A stretch of DNA of 64,000 bases from Chiloscyllium plagiosum (Eukaryota): positions 12,759,958-12,823,957 of the forward strand of contig NC_057732.1 of assembly GCF_004010195.1 (NCBI RefSeq), in the 5' to 3' direction. The position numbers and the translations under genes were made by a program. Shown here one piece after another: positions 28,801 to 43,800 of this stretch. Under the pieces are notes generated by a model that ran no database searches, was not told where the DNA came from, and saw only the letters and a program-made list of their open reading frames with translations. Position 1 is the stretch's first letter, and the number at the start of each line of letters is the position of its first letter.

Positions 28801-31800
28801 CTATATCAACCACTGTCCTTGACATCTGCTGGCTTTACAAAGCTAACCACTCTGGGTTCAGTGTTCAGGGATTGTCAATAAGATACTTTTACAGGTCCCC
28901 TTTGTCACAGAGCATGTTAGAGCTGGCACTTACTAGGAAATAACTAAACCTCTTACCAAGCAAAAGCCTAACCGCTCCCTCAAGAATGCGCCCAAGCGGA
29001 GAGAGCAGAGACGGTGTGGATACCATTGCTGAAACAACAGCAAGTTAGCAATTCCACTCTGTGGATGACACAAGTTGGACATAAGTGTGATCATCATACC
29101 AGCTACTTCCTTTTGAATTTCATCTGACTGCTGCGCAGTGACAGGCAGTGTGCAACATACAACACAGCAACTCACTGAGGTTCCTCATTGGTCAATGATA
29201 TTTATTGTCTGCAAGGACAGTGACATTATTTGTAAGGAGTGGAGGTATCAGTATATGGGATATCTTCCTTATCTGTGATGGAATCACCAGAGTTCCACAA
29301 AGTCTTGAAATAATATCACTGCCTTTCTCTAGCCACTAAGGATAGGTCGGTCCCAGAGAGGTCTGATCAGCATGGCTTCCATGAATACAGCCACAGATGG
29401 CAACCAAACAGTCAAAATAACCCTTGATGTTCACGTCCCATGAGGGGTACACACATATACCGGCAGTCTGAATGAGGGCTTGAACTTGCCCTAATGTGTG
29501 TGCTTGGGTCACATCTTTCATTCTATCCTGTTGTTACTGAGACTCCAGGCTGCAGTCTCCATCAATCACTGGGAAGAACCTGTTGCATTCCATTTCCCTG
29601 AGAATTGTAGCTATCACTCAATAATGACAGGTCACCCATTCATTTCAGACAGTCTCCGCACTGTAGTTAGACGATGTGGAAAAGTAGCTAGAGCAATATT
29701 CCTAGTATCCAACATGCATGGGGAGTTGGGTGTGGGCAGGGAGTGCCAGTCACATGAGGAATACTAGGGGTGACTGGACCACTCAATTAGTCACTGCCAC
29801 AAGGTGACCATGCGTTTTAAAAACAAGTGGTCTGGACTGCTCATAAGTACCAATTAGTGAGGTTTTGATCAAAAGGTGGGATAGAGAGGGGAAAGATTGA
29901 GAGTGAGGCAACCAAAATGGCTGGTTCCCAGAGCAAGAAAATCTTCTCCTGTTCCAATAAGTCAGTCACTGTACTTTGGCCAGGTCTTCATGTCGTTTAC
30001 AATGGTGATATCTCAGTTTGCATCTCAGCCTACTACATTGTAGGAGTACTACAATGTGCACTAGGGAGATGCTTTTCAGATTACTGGCTCCATGAGAGTT
30101 CCAGGTGCTTGGCTACTGGATATTTGGGACTTTATTGCATTCCTATTGTGAAATACGATATCACTGTGAAACCATTAGCAGTTTTTATTTATTTCTTCAC
30201 TTGTGGGAGTCACTGGCTGGTCTAGCTCTAGACACCACTGGTTCATGCCCAGGTCTAGATACTGCTGAGAAGGAAGGGAGCTACCTTCTTGAACCACTGC
30301 AGTCCATAATTGAGGCTACACAGTGTCCTTTACTTATGAGTAACATGGTGTTCGGTGTCACCTGAGGTGTAGGCAGTCTCCTCATGTCTGTCCATGAAGA
30401 GGTATCAAGGAAGCATAGCAATTTTACATTCCATGCATTCAGCTCTGGCAACCTGCCTGAGATAATGAGGGGGCAGCTGTGGTTCCAAGGACACATACTA
30501 GAGAGGACAGCTCTGGACAAATAAGCTGGGTAAGCCTTGGAAGACAAAAAGGTGCAGAAATGGTCTTTAGTATCATCTTCATCCGGAGTTGGTTTTCAGG
30601 CATGTTAGTAGGGCTGGCTGATGGGCTGCAGCAGTTCTCCACTCTGTGTCACTAACACCAAAGTCTTGTCAAGAGGAAAAAGCTTGTCATGTATTCCACA
30701 GTGATACTCGGAGGCTACCGACTGAGTCTTCAGGTGCTGGGTCCTCTACTTTTTGTCATTTACATAAATGATTTGGATGCGAGCATAAGAGGTACAGTTA
30801 GTAAGGTTGCAGATGACACCAAAATTGGAGGTGAAGTGGACAGCGAAGAGGGTTACCACAGATTACAACAGGATGTGGACCAGATGAGCTAATGGGCTGA
30901 GAAGTGGCAGATGGAGTTTAATTCAGATAAATGAGAGGTGCTGCATTTTGGGAAAGCAAATCTTAGCAGGACTTATACACTGAATGGTAAGGTCCTAGGG
31001 AGTGTTGCTGAACAATTTCGGGCAAAAGCCCGGGCTGAATTGCTGTGCTCTTCCAGCACCACTGATCCAGAATCTGGTTTCCAGCATCTGCAATCATTGT
31101 TTTTACCCCACTTTTGGAATATTGCCTATAATTCTGGTCTTCTTGCTATCAGAAACATGTTGTGAAACTTGAAAGGATTCAGAAAAGATTTACAAGGATG
31201 ATGCCAGTGTTGGAGGATTTGAGCTATAGGGAGAGGCTGAACAGGCTGGGGCTGTTTTCCCTGGAGCGTCGGAGGCTGAGGAGTGATCTTGTAGAGGTTT
31301 ACAAAATTATGAGGGGCATGGATAGGATGAACAGACAAAGTCTTTTCCCTGGGGTTGGGGAGTCCAGAACTAGATGGCATAGGTTTAGGGTGAGAGGAGG
31401 AAGATATAAAAGAGACCCAAAGGGCAACTTTTTCACACAGAGGGTGGTACATGTATGGAATGAGCTGCCAGAGGAAGTGGAGGCTGGTACAATTGCAACA
31501 TTTAAGAGGCATTTGGATGGGTATATGAATAGGAAAGGTTTGAAGGGATATGGACCAGGTGCTGGCGGGTAGGACTAGATTGGGTTGGGATATCTGGTCG
31601 GCATGGATGGGTTGGACCGAAGGGTCTGTTTCCATGCTGCTCATCTCTATGATTCTATGTTGCTCTTGCACGGACTGGAAGTGATGCAGCATGGGTCGCT
31701 CGATGATGGTGAACATTCCATCGTTGTTGGAGTTCACGATTTGGAGTCCTCAAGACAAGGTCAAGCTCATCAGTGTTCAGACTCCTCTCCTAGAGTGCAC

Positions 31801-34800
31801 ATTGCCTCAGGGAACTCTCCGTCAGATGTCCATACATCTGCTACTTTAAGTACTGTTTTCCATTATGTGACTTTGAAGGCTCTAACTGTCTCTGTGCTCC
31901 TTCCTCCAAACGGAGCTGTGCACAGATAGTCTCCTCCTGCCCTCTAGTGCCGTGCCCATTACCACATGCCACTGAGTCTAATTGAGTGCCATATCCCTCT
32001 GAAATGCTAGTATCAGTGTTGGCGGAGTTTGAGCTAGTCAAACATCATGGTGCTTCCTCTGGCATCTCCTCTTTCTCCTGATGCTGGAGGTGGTTGCATA
32101 GTCAAGGGATTTATGAGAGAATGACAACAGATAAACAAGACAAGCCTTGGATCTTTGGACAGCACATGCAGCTTAAGGTCATTATCTCCAACCACATCAG
32201 CAGAACCCCCCACTGCAACTAATCCTTCCTGCTCCACATTACGTCAACTTCCCAATATAGTTTGTCCATTTTCCTCATGCATTGCCATCAATCCCAATAA
32301 TTTTAAAAAAGTGCTAAGATACCTCCAACACCACCTCTAGCACCTACTTTAGCCAATTCACTGGTCTCGGAGGGCACCATGACATGAATCACTCATGGGT
32401 GTATTGCCTACCTTTGGTTTTGACCATCACCTTAGCGTCATGAGCCTTCTTTTCCAGCAAGTGTACAATACCTGAAGGCATTTAAAAGGTCATTCTCTCC
32501 TGTATCCAGTGACTTTCATCAAAGTTGTAGTGGGTTACATTCATATGCCAATTTGTGAATGCTTGCGCATACAAGACCATCTATTCGATCATGGTAGGAG
32601 GATGGTGTGTGCCAAATGTAACACTGCTGTCTGAAACATTAGGGCAATCAGTGAAACAAAAAGTGTTCATGCCAAGCAACTCACTTTGGCAGAGGACGTC
32701 GTAGGACTGTTCACAGGCACGAGGGTATGTCTCTGCTATGCTCACCATGTCTGTCATGGTCTGTGATACTGGAAGGCTCCCTTCTTCCTTCAGGATACAA
32801 AGGATTCCTCCAGCCTTCAACTTCCAAGGCCAGGAGCACCAGACTGTGGGCACAGTATTGGAGCTTCTAAAACACTACTGGGACATTATGGCACAACAAA
32901 GATACCATGGGGATAGACAATGTTTCGAGCTAGATATAACTTTTGCTTTCTGAAGCTGGACAGCAAGGGGAGCACAAGCTGATGCTGTCTTATGTGTGAA
33001 TACACAAATAGCGTCTGGTATGTCCCTGAGTGAAAATAATCAGGGTGCTATAATTAGATTAGATTACAATCTAATTCTACAGTGTGGAAACAGGCCATTC
33101 GGCCCAACAGGTTCATACCCACTCTGAAGAGTAACCCACTCAGACCCATTTCCCTCTGACTAATGCACCTAACACTCTGGGCAATTTAACACGGCTAATT
33201 CACTTAACCTACACATCTTTGGACTGTGAGAGGAAAACCACGTAGATACGGGAAGATTGTCTGTATGGAGTTTGCACAGTCACCTGAGGCGGGAATCAAA
33301 CCCAGGTCCCTGGCGCTGTGAGGCAGCAGTGCTAACCACTGAGCCACCATGCCACTCCAAGTGTACTTTAGAGTGCCCAGAATGTGAGGGGTTCAGTGCA
33401 TGTAGCAGGGGTAAAGATTAAATTCCAAACAGGAGCTGAGGCAAAATATTGATGTAGGGATCACGACCTACGAAAAAGGTAGCCAGCTGCATTACTGGCA
33501 TTGAGAGACTTTACCAATATGGAGTGAGGCTATGTGGCCATTCCTTACATTAGGCAGCACCAAAACCCATACTTTCATATTGAAGACCCATGAAGGTTAG
33601 TCTCTTGCAGCATTCATAACCAGTTGGCCAGAAATTCCAGTTTCTACTCACTTAACTACTTTCTTGCCTCTCTTCCCTCAAGCCTTAATTACTGTTGCTG
33701 CTCCCTCAGATCGCACTTTATAATTAAGTGCAAAGTGGGAATCAATGGGGCCTGCCCCACAGCTGAGCCACTTCCTAATTCTACCCCATAATAAAAATTC
33801 ATCCAACAGAGATAGAACATTTCCCCATTTGAGCTACACACCTTGGCTGCTAAAATCTGGCATAAAATGAGAACAGAATAATAAAACTTACTGTCTAATT
33901 TCTAATCAGACACCAGCTCAGGCATACAGTGCGCACTCAAAATTCATTAGATATCACATGGAGAAGAACTGGTTGCTGCCATGCCAATCTGATAGCATTC
34001 AGATGAACTTATGAAAGGAAAATCTTGAATCAAGAGATCAATATAATAGATGGCTGGGCATTTGCAATTTGCTGCCCGAATCTTATTTCCTATTTGACAG
34101 ATTTCACAAGACATTCCAATTCCATTCACCTAGAGTTCTACAAGTACTCAGACTGATGACTTACTTTGGCTTTGGCTTTGTCTCTTCTGTAACAGAGAAA
34201 AACATAACTAGGGTGTTGTTAGTGAATACACATCGCTGGACTCTTACATTCAAAAACTAGCATCAAATTATTCACAATTATGAATGTATACATTTATCCC
34301 AAAATCTGCAAACCTTAAAATTTAGAGAGATTAAATGAAAATTAAGAGTGATACACATTATGGTCATGGAGTGGTTTATTTCCGGACTAGTAATTCAAAA
34401 GTCCAGTCTTATAAACAGGAAAAGTTCCAATCCAGCCTGAGAATTTAAAAGGCATTTTATTTTTAAAATTCTGGAAATAAAATAAACAAAAATAAAAAGA
34501 GGTACCAGTCTTAGATAAAAACTAAAAGAACTGCAAATCAGAAACAACAAATAAAAGCTGCTGGAAAAGCTCAGTAGGTCTGGCAGCATCTGTGCAGAGA
34601 AATCAGGGTTAATGTTTCGGGTCTGGGTTCTGAAGGTCACCAGACCTGAAATGTTAAATTTGATTTCTCTTCACAGATGCTGCCGGACCTGCTGAGCTTT
34701 TCCCGCAGCTTCTGTTTTGGTAACAGTCTTAGATTGTTGATAAAGATAAACTCAGCAAATTTATTGGCGCTGCTTAGGCCCTATTCAATATTGGATTTAG

Positions 34801-37800
34801 GCTTTACTTTGACAGATTGACCAAGACAACTTATGAATCCCTTCTGCAAATTATCCAAAGAATGCTGCTGATATTATTTCCTCAATTACAGAGCTATAAC
34901 AAAACAGGCCAGGTAGGAGACAAACTCAGACCAGCACCCACTGCTGGCTCCAGCTGAAGTTGGAAGCCGAATAGGTGACTAACCTGATGCAAGGAGGTGG
35001 GCTGCAGTATTACAGGGAACAAAATGAGCCTGGGAGCATCATCGTTCAAATTTTCATCCTTAAGTCGACAACATTTTCCATACATCAGGAAACTCGGCAA
35101 TTGGCTGGTTTAGATGGCAACTGCTTTACTTACTGGATCCAGGTGTGTGCCTGAGAAGCTCCAGAGTTTACTGATTATCAACAGGCTGCTGATCCATTAC
35201 AAGGTGGATTTTCATGTCCAAATTCTAGCATTTTTGGACAATCGGCATCAATATGTTACAAATTTACGATTGGCTGTGGGCTTATGAAGGTAACCATTAG
35301 TCATCGGTTAGGTCTGTTTTATATTGGACCTGTGCACCCAGCAGTCTTGATTGGATGTGCACCTAATGTGCCTCTTGGTTTCTGAAGTACAGGTCCAGTC
35401 TAGTTCAGCAGTTGCAGTTTAAATGGCCATACCTAAGTTTCTAGCTTGCTCATTTACACTTTTGTATCAAAACAAAAATTATTTATTGATTGTTTGATTT
35501 GTCCACTGAAAAAGTCTTTCAATTGTATACTTGTCTGTGTCAAAGCTTAATAAAAATCTCCAAAATTAATAGCTTGTAATGCTATCAAATAGAATTCATT
35601 CCATACAAATACAGTCAGAAAAAAAAAAAAGCCATTAAAATTTAACATACCTTCTTCTGCGTCTTCTGCTAAAGAGAAAATAAAAACTTTGGAAGTTAGC
35701 AAAATGTTTTTAAAAAAATGTTTAATCTGTTTAACTTAAACATTAAGTATTGAACCTGCTATCTTATAGTAGAACCAATTTAATTTTAAGTCTTTCGAAA
35801 AGACAAATCAAATTGGTCTAGAACAGACGGTTGATTTGCTTCCACATTACAATATTTTAAAGTTTCTACCTATGCATCTAAGCCACTTGTAACAGATTTT
35901 GAGTTAAGTACAGTAAAAATGCCAATTGTGAATACTAGTCTAAATTTTAAGGCTTGGCAGAATGTAAGCATCAAAAAGTTTCAAACAACACACAGCTTAA
36001 GTGATAGTATTAGAAGGTTGGGTTTGATTTTTAAATCTGCAAATGGTTTATATGTATAGATATCATGATTTGTTGATTTTACTACTCAGTGACAACAATG
36101 CAAACTTAAGTGTAATTTAAGACAACATATTTCTTGAGTCAAGAGAGTGGTGCTGGAAAAGCACAGCAGGTCAGGCAGCATCTGAGGAGCAGGAGAGTCG
36201 GAAACATCGACTATTGCTCTTCGGATGCTGCCTGACCGGCTGTGCTTTTCCAGCAACACACTTTTCAACTCTGACTCTCCAGCATCTGCAGTCCTCACTT
36301 TCTCCAACCTATTTTCTGGGAAAATCTGCCATATTTGTGCATCAAAGAGAGAGAAAAAAAAAACACATTGTACAAGTCAGTATGATTAAAACATGAGGAT
36401 TTTACAAAGTTAAGACAACCTCACTCTGTAGACTGTACTTTAGTCAAACATGTTATCAGCACATGGACAAAGGATGTACCTTCAAGAGTTGGTTGTTCAG
36501 TCTGAAGTGCAGATAAATCTGATTCTACCAGACATGGAAAGACATAGAACAAATCAGTGTCCAGCTCTGAAAAATCATGGCACATGTTATGTACTGTGAG
36601 AGGTAATTTCGGTTTAAACTTTAAGATGTGCCTGGACCACAGACTGATCTATAATAAAAGACAAAACTTTTGTTTCTTTTCTAGAACATTTTATATACTC
36701 AAAAGTAGAATAGTTTAAATTGTGCAGAATGCTGACAATTTGTGAGCAGAGTAAAAAACAAACAGGCTCTTGATTGATGAAACCATTAACACAGGCAGGG
36801 AAGGATGAATCCTTGACTGATAAGACTCCAGGATAGGGAAACGACCCGAGAGACATCTGCTACAGATTGATAAGACCGCTAGCACAGACAGAGAAGAATA
36901 AGTCTTTCACTGATAAGACTACAGGGTGAGAAAAACAACAAACTTTGGAGACTCTGGAGCCTTTTGTTGCAGACTTTGTGATAAAAATAATGATGTTTTT
37001 AAGAATGTGAACCTCATGGCTTGTTAGAGCCAAGGAGGGGAGGGACTTGTACTGTATATAATGGGAGACTTTGTAAGCCTCAGCGCGCCTTTTTTCAAGG
37101 GTGCCCAACTCTGCAGACTTGTTAATAAAACTTTGTTCTCCTGAATTTGTCTAGAGTGATTATTGAGAAGCGATTTTCGTTTCTAACATGTACTATTGCT
37201 CACTTTTGTTTGATGAACATACTGCTGATGCATTGGCATTGAAAAGTGCTCAATGAGCACTTTGGAAATGCTCCAAATTGATTACAATGTGTGGTATAAT
37301 AAATCTTTGAATAGCTCAAGCAAAATGCATTAATACTCAGCACCTCATTTTTGTAATTTACACTAGCAGTTTGCAGGATCATATTTTGTCAATTTCCACA
37401 AATCAGTCGATGTCACGCACATAAATCCTTTAAAATACCCAAAAGTATTAATCAACATTCATTTTCCATCCATTGCAATGGTTATTTCAAAATCATGTGA
37501 AAGTCTGCAAACACTTAAAATATTAGTTTTGTTTAGCTGAAATCAGAGGCAATTTCTTTTCAACTTGCAAAAATTATTGGGGGTCAAAAAGAACAGAAAC
37601 CAGCTGCCGCAAACATTTTATAATGTAAATCATATTTTTGCAATGCAAATTACTACAAACTGCCACAAATTGCTACATTATGAATATATGAAGATTATTT
37701 CCCAAACAGATTGTCTTGGTTTAATAGAAAGATAATTATGGAATAAATGCTGGCCAGGATACCAACTAAGTAATCTCCATTGAATACTGTCATGAGGTCT

Positions 37801-40800
37801 TCAAACACGCCAATGCACAGGTAGGGAAAACTCTGATCTAATGCCGCAGAGTTACAGCACTTCTAAAACAAAAATGCAATATTCTCCCCATATAATGGTA
37901 TGATAGATAATGGGTGTATATTCTGACAGTGATTGAATTTGAAGTCTCTGACCAACCGCTCAAGTCACAACCAACTGAGTTAAAGGCGGTGTTTGCGAGG
38001 ACCAGTTTCAGGTGCATGAACTAGAGCTTTACGGGAGTTCAGAGTGGACAATTAGGGCAGAACACACCCAGGATTTCAAACTGTATGCAGTTGTCCCCAG
38101 GAAATACCCATCTAACGTTGGCCTTACACAAGGTTGGCAGTTGGTGGGTGTTCTGGATCTCTTTAAGAGACTTCACTCCTAAGAATTCTTGAGCCATGTG
38201 CACATAATATTTCCAGTTTTGTCGGCTGTGGATGTGCAACATCCACACAGAAATCAGGTGCTCTCTGCTGCAATGTCTGCTTCGTCACTTGTAATGTCTT
38301 TTGCTTTTCTAAAAAAAAACTAACCCACAAAGTTAAATAATATCTGCCGCTTCGACTACCATTATGAACAAGACAGTGGAAAGCAGAGATAAATGACAAC
38401 TTTGTTCAGAATGTTGGCAATTTTACCTTGTTCCAATTTGGCCTCTTCATTTTGTGTTTCTTCTTCTAAAAGAAAGAGACTTTAGTTAAAACAGCAACTT
38501 AGAAAGATACTCTTGGTTTTGTTTAGAAATGGTTGTAAAGACACCACCAATAAATCAGCAAGTTTATCTATTAGATGTAGGACAGCTCAGAACATATATC
38601 CCGTGACTATCCTAATATAACAGGTGTGCATTTCGGGAAATTCACTTAGAGTCACTACAGAGATAGTTCACACACCATTCACAGGAGAATGGAGCCATAT
38701 TCATTCCCATGCACAACTGGATTAATAAACTGTGCTGAGGGAGGATATTCCCGGAAATACAGCCAGGGAAGTTATTTGGATGGAACAGAGAAATAAGAAA
38801 GGGATGATCACCTTATTGGGATTAGATTATAGACCCCCTAATAGTCAGAGGGAAATTGAGAAACAAACTTATAAGGAGATCTCAGTTGTCTGTAAGAATA
38901 ATAGGGTGATTATGGTTGGGGATTTTAACTGTCAAAACATAGACTGGGACTGCCATAGTGTTAAAGATTTAGATGGAGAGGAATTTGTTAAGTGTGGGGC
39001 CAGCGACCAGAATTCTATTAGCTTTAAAATAATGACGAAAAAGAATACACCAGATCTAAAAGTTGAAGTTCTAAATTGGAGAAAGGCCAATTTTGACGGT
39101 ATTAGGTAAGAACTTTCGAAAGCTGAATGGGGGCAGATGTTTGCAGGTAAAGAGACGGCTGGAAAATAGGAAGCCTTCAGAAATGAGATAACAAGAATCC
39201 AGAGAAAGTATATTCCGGTCAGGGTGAAAGGGAAGGCTGGTAGGTATAGAGAATGCTGGATGATTAAGAAATTGAGGGTTTGGTTAAGAAAAAGAAGGAA
39301 GCATATGTCAGGTATAGACAGGATAGATCAGGTGAATCCTTAGAAGAGTATAAAGGAAGTAGGAGTATACTTCAGAGGGAAATCAGAAGGTCAAAAAGTG
39401 GACATGAGATAGCTTTGGCAAATAGAGTTAAGGAGAATCCAAAGAGATTTTACAAATACATAAAGGACAAAAGGGTAACTAGGGAGAGTATAGGGCCCTC
39501 AAAGATCAGAAAGGAGGTCTTTGTGTGGAGCCACAGAAAATGGGGGAGATAATAAATGAATATTTTGCATCAGTATTTACGGTGGAAAAGGATATGGAAG
39601 ATATAGACTGTAGGGAAATAAATGGTGACATCTTGCAAAATCTAGATTAGAGTGGTTCTGGAAACGCACAGCAGGTCAGGCAGCATACGAGGAGCAGGAA
39701 AATCAACGTTTCGGGCAAAAGCCCTTCATCAGGAATAGAGGCAGGGTGCCTGCAGAGTGGTTGGAACTGGGGTGAGGTGGGGGGAAGGGGAAATGAGGAA
39801 ACTGGTGAACACCACATTGATGCCCTGGGGTTGAAGTGTTCCGAGGTGGAAGAGGAGGCGTTCTTCCTTCAGGCGTCGGGTGGTGAAGAAACGGTGGTGA
39901 AGGAGGCCCAGTACCTCCATGTCCTCGGCAGAGTGGGAGGGGGAGTTGAAATGTTGGGCCACAGGGTGGTGTGGTTGATTGGTGTGGGTGTCCCAGAGAT
40001 GTTCCCTAAAGCGCTCTGCTAGGAGGCGTCCAGTCTCCCCAATGTAGAGGAGACCGCATCGGGAGCAATGGATCCGATAAATGATATTGGTGGATGTGCA
40101 GGTAAAACTTTGATGGATGTGGAAGGATCCTTTGGGGCCTTGGATGGAGGTGAGAGAGGAGATGTCGGCGCAGGTTTTGCAGTTCCTGCGGTGGCAGGGT
40201 AAGGTGCCAGGACGGGAGGGTGGGTTGTTGGGGGGCGTGGACCTGACCAGGTAGTCACGGAGGGAACGGTCTTTGCAGAAATGGGTGGGGAGGGAAATAT
40301 TCCCTGGTGGTGGGGTCCGTTTGGAGGTGGCGGGAATGTCATCAGATGATTTGGTTTATGCAAAGGTTGGTAGGGTGGAAGGTGAGCACCAGGGGATTCT
40401 GTCCTTGTTAGGGTTGGAGGGGTGGGGTTTGAGGGCAGAGGGGCAGGATGTGGATGAGATGCGTTGGAGGGCATCTTTAATCACGTGGAAAGGGAAATTG
40501 CGGACTCTAAAGAAGGAAGCCATCTGGTGTATTCTGTGGTGGAACTGGTCCTTCTGGGAGCAGATATGGTGGAGAAATTGGGAATATAGGATGGCATTTT
40601 CGCATGAGATAGGGTGGGAAGAGGTGTAATCCAGGTAGCTGTGGGAGTCGGTGGGTTTGTAAAAAATGTGAGTGTCAAGTCGGTCATCATTAATGGAGAC
40701 GGAGAGGTCCAGGAAGGGGAGGGAGGTGTCAGAGATTGTCCAAGTGAATTTAAGGTCGGGGTGGAATGTGTTGATGAACTGCTCAACCTCCTCGCGAGAG

Positions 40801-43800
40801 GACGAGGTGGCGCCAATGCAGTCATCAATGTAGCAGAGGAAAAGGTGGGGAGTGGTGCCAATGTAACTACGGAATTGTTCTACATAGCCAAAGAGACAAA
40901 CATCTGCAGTCCTTGATTTTGCCTACATCTTGCAAAATGTCCAGATTACAGAGGAGGAAGTGCTGGATGTCTTGAAACGGGTAAAGGTGGATAAATCCCC
41001 AGGACCTGATCAGGTGTACCCGAGAACTCTGTGGGAAGCTAGACAAGTGATTGCTGGGCCTCTTGCTGAGATATTTGTATCATCGATAGTCACAGGTGAG
41101 GCACCGGAAGACTGGAGGCTGGCAAACGTGGTGCCACTGTTGAAGAAGGGTGGTAAGGACAAGCCAGGGAATATAGACCGGTGAGCTTGACGTCGGTGGT
41201 GGGCAAGTTGTTGGTGGGAATCCTGAGGGACAGGATGTACATGTATTTGGTAAGGCAAGGACTGGTTAGGGATAGGGATAGCTTTGTGTGTGGGAAATCG
41301 TGTCTCACAAACTTGATTGAGTTTTTTGAAGTAGTAACAAAGAGGATTGATGAGGGCAGAGTGGTATATGGACTTCAGTAAGGCGTTCGACAAGGTTCCC
41401 CATGGGAGACTGATTAGCAAGGTTAGACCTCACGCAATACAACCATTTGGATCCAGAACTGGCTCAAAAGGTAGAAGACAGAGGGTGGTGGTGGAGGGTT
41501 GTTTTTCAGACTGGAGGTCTGTGACCAGTGGAGTGCCACAAGGATCGATGCTGAGTCCTCTACTTTTCTTATTTACATAAATGATTTGGATGTGAGCATA
41601 GGAGGTAACGTTAGTGAGTTTACAGATGACAACAAAACTAGGTGTAGTGGGCAGCGAAGAGGGTTACCTCAGATTACAACAGGATCTTGACCAGGTGGAC
41701 CAATGGGCTGAGAAGTGGCAGATGGAGTTCATATAGAACATAGAACATAGAAGAATACAGCGCAGTACAGGCCCTTGGGCCCTCGATGTTGCGCCGATCC
41801 AAGCCCACCTAAACTACACTAACCCACTATCCTCCATATACCTATCCAATGCCCTCTTAAATGCCCATAAAGAGGGAGAGTCCACCACTGTTACTGGCAG
41901 GGCATTCCATGAACTAACGACTCGCTGAGTGAAGAACCTACCCCTAGAGGGGTGACCTTATAGAGGTTTACAAAATTATGAGGGGCATGGATTGGGTAAA
42001 TAGACAAAGTTTTTTCCCTGGGGTCAGGGAGTCCAGAACTAGAGGGCATAGGTTTAGGTTTAGGGCGAGAGGGGAAAGAGGTGGAGGCTGGTACAATTGC
42101 AACATTTAAGAGGCATTTGGATGGGTATATGAATAGGAAAGTTTGGAGGGCTATGGGCCGGGTGCTGGCAGGTGGGACTAGATTGGGTTGCGATATCTGG
42201 TCGGCATGGATGGGTTGGACCGAAGGGTCTGTTTCCATGCTGTACATTTCTATGACTCTATGACCTGGTTAGTTTCCAGCAATTGTGCTATTCATTGGCA
42301 CTCCCTCCTTCCTGTCTTGAGCTTGGGAAGGTAGGGACAAACAAAGAGGTGACAGGGGTTTATTCCCAAAGCCATTTAAATGCAGACTACAACTCCCAAA
42401 AATTGGAGATGCATCTTGACTGCAACTTTCCACAGTAATCCTAATGCCACACAAGTATCTGATGATAATAATCTTTTCTAATTAATCATCTCTCTGACTT
42501 TCAACAGCATGACTGCAGTGGAATCCCCCATCATCAACATCCTGTGGATTACTGTTGATCAGAAACTGAACTGGACCAGTCAGATTATACTAAGGCTACA
42601 ACAACAGATGAGAGATCGGAGTTGAGCAACTCTCCTCCTGATTCCTGAAAATCTGTGCAGCATCTATAAGGCACTGATCAGGAGAATGCTGGAAACAAGT
42701 TACTTGAAATGATCCAGGACACCTGTGACATTCAGACACTGACAAGAATGTGCATCATTAAGGCCTTTGTGAAAGCATCTTCCAAACTTCCACCCTCTAC
42801 CAGCTAGAAGAACATGGGCAGCAGATCAATGGCAGTGCACCATCGGCCAGCTGCCCTCCTATTTCCAGGCCCTCCTAATTAAATTGATGCTCCCTCACCA
42901 AATCTAGGTCAAAATGCTGGAACTCTCTCCAGAACAGCTCTGTGGATGGAGCTAAGCTACACGGGAGCCAAAGGGAGCCAGCTCACAGTCACCTTCGAGG
43001 ACATCGAGGGAAGGACCACAAATGTTAATGATGCTCATATCCCAAGAAAGCAGTCCAACAGTGGTGGATAGATGGGAAAAAAAAAGTCCTACACCCAGAA
43101 TTTCTGACACAGTTTCTAGCACAAAAGAGAAGTGACCTGATAGAAGTTTATAAAATAATGAGGGGTATAAATGGATTTGATGCTAGTTGTCTGTTCCCTA
43201 AGGAGTGGAGTTTCAAGACTAGGGGGGCACATTTTTAAGATGAGTGGAGAGAGATTTAAAAAAAAAGACATAAGGAGGCAAACCTTTTTACACAGAGGGT
43301 GGTTTGCCTGTGGAATGAACTTCCTGAGGAAGTGGCGGATGCGGGTACAATTACAAGATTGACGACATTTGGAAAGGTTTGGAAGGATATGGGCCAGGAG
43401 CAGGCAGGTGGAAATAGTTTAGTTTGAGATTATGTTCAGCATGGACTGGTTGGACCGAAGGCTCTGTTTCCCTGCTGAATGACTGTAAAAAAGGAGAGAA
43501 ATAAATCTTCCAAACACTGAACAAGAATGTTTCCAAGCTCCATGCTCATCACTTGGAGGATAAAGTGTCTGCAAAAAGACTGGTGATAAAAGCATTGAGC
43601 CATGAGCTGGCAGAAGCACAAAACTCAGTATAATCAGCAAGTTAAGTCTCCTACTTACCATCTGGCTTGCCCAGCACCAAGCTCTGAGGTATCTGTATAG
43701 TCAGGTTGAAATGCAGGCAATTGAATGCTACCAGGAAGGCAGCGACCAACAGGAATTATGCATTGCATGTTGTTACACACTAGCTGGATAATCAGAGCGT

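Larger units (their letters stand above)
38732..42265 (+). mobile_element. CR1/HER1-type LINE ORF2 (APE endonuclease + RT), decayed, with nested insertions
   Basis: YRPPNS..MVGDFN..IDWD (APE), [28 protein letters not shown]; ctatgactctatga tail. Confidence 0.92.

Noticed and set aside
31126-31737. 203-aa minus-strand ORF and similar ORFs at 41891 and 44923
   Set aside because: Antisense reading of CR1 3' ends.
33290-33355. tRNA-like sequences (also near 13301, 26550, 50395, 52200, 58420)
   Set aside because: Heads of HE1-type SINEs, continuous with SINE bodies; not tRNA genes.
36480-36501. 22-nt AG/GT-bounded candidate troponin T microexon
   Set aside because: Gives an immediate TGA in phase 1 and shifts the frame; weak donor.
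43659-43692. Candidate exon with a strong gtaagt donor
   Set aside because: Possible lengths (25 or 34 nt) break the phase 1-1 context, and the sequence is not TnT-like.
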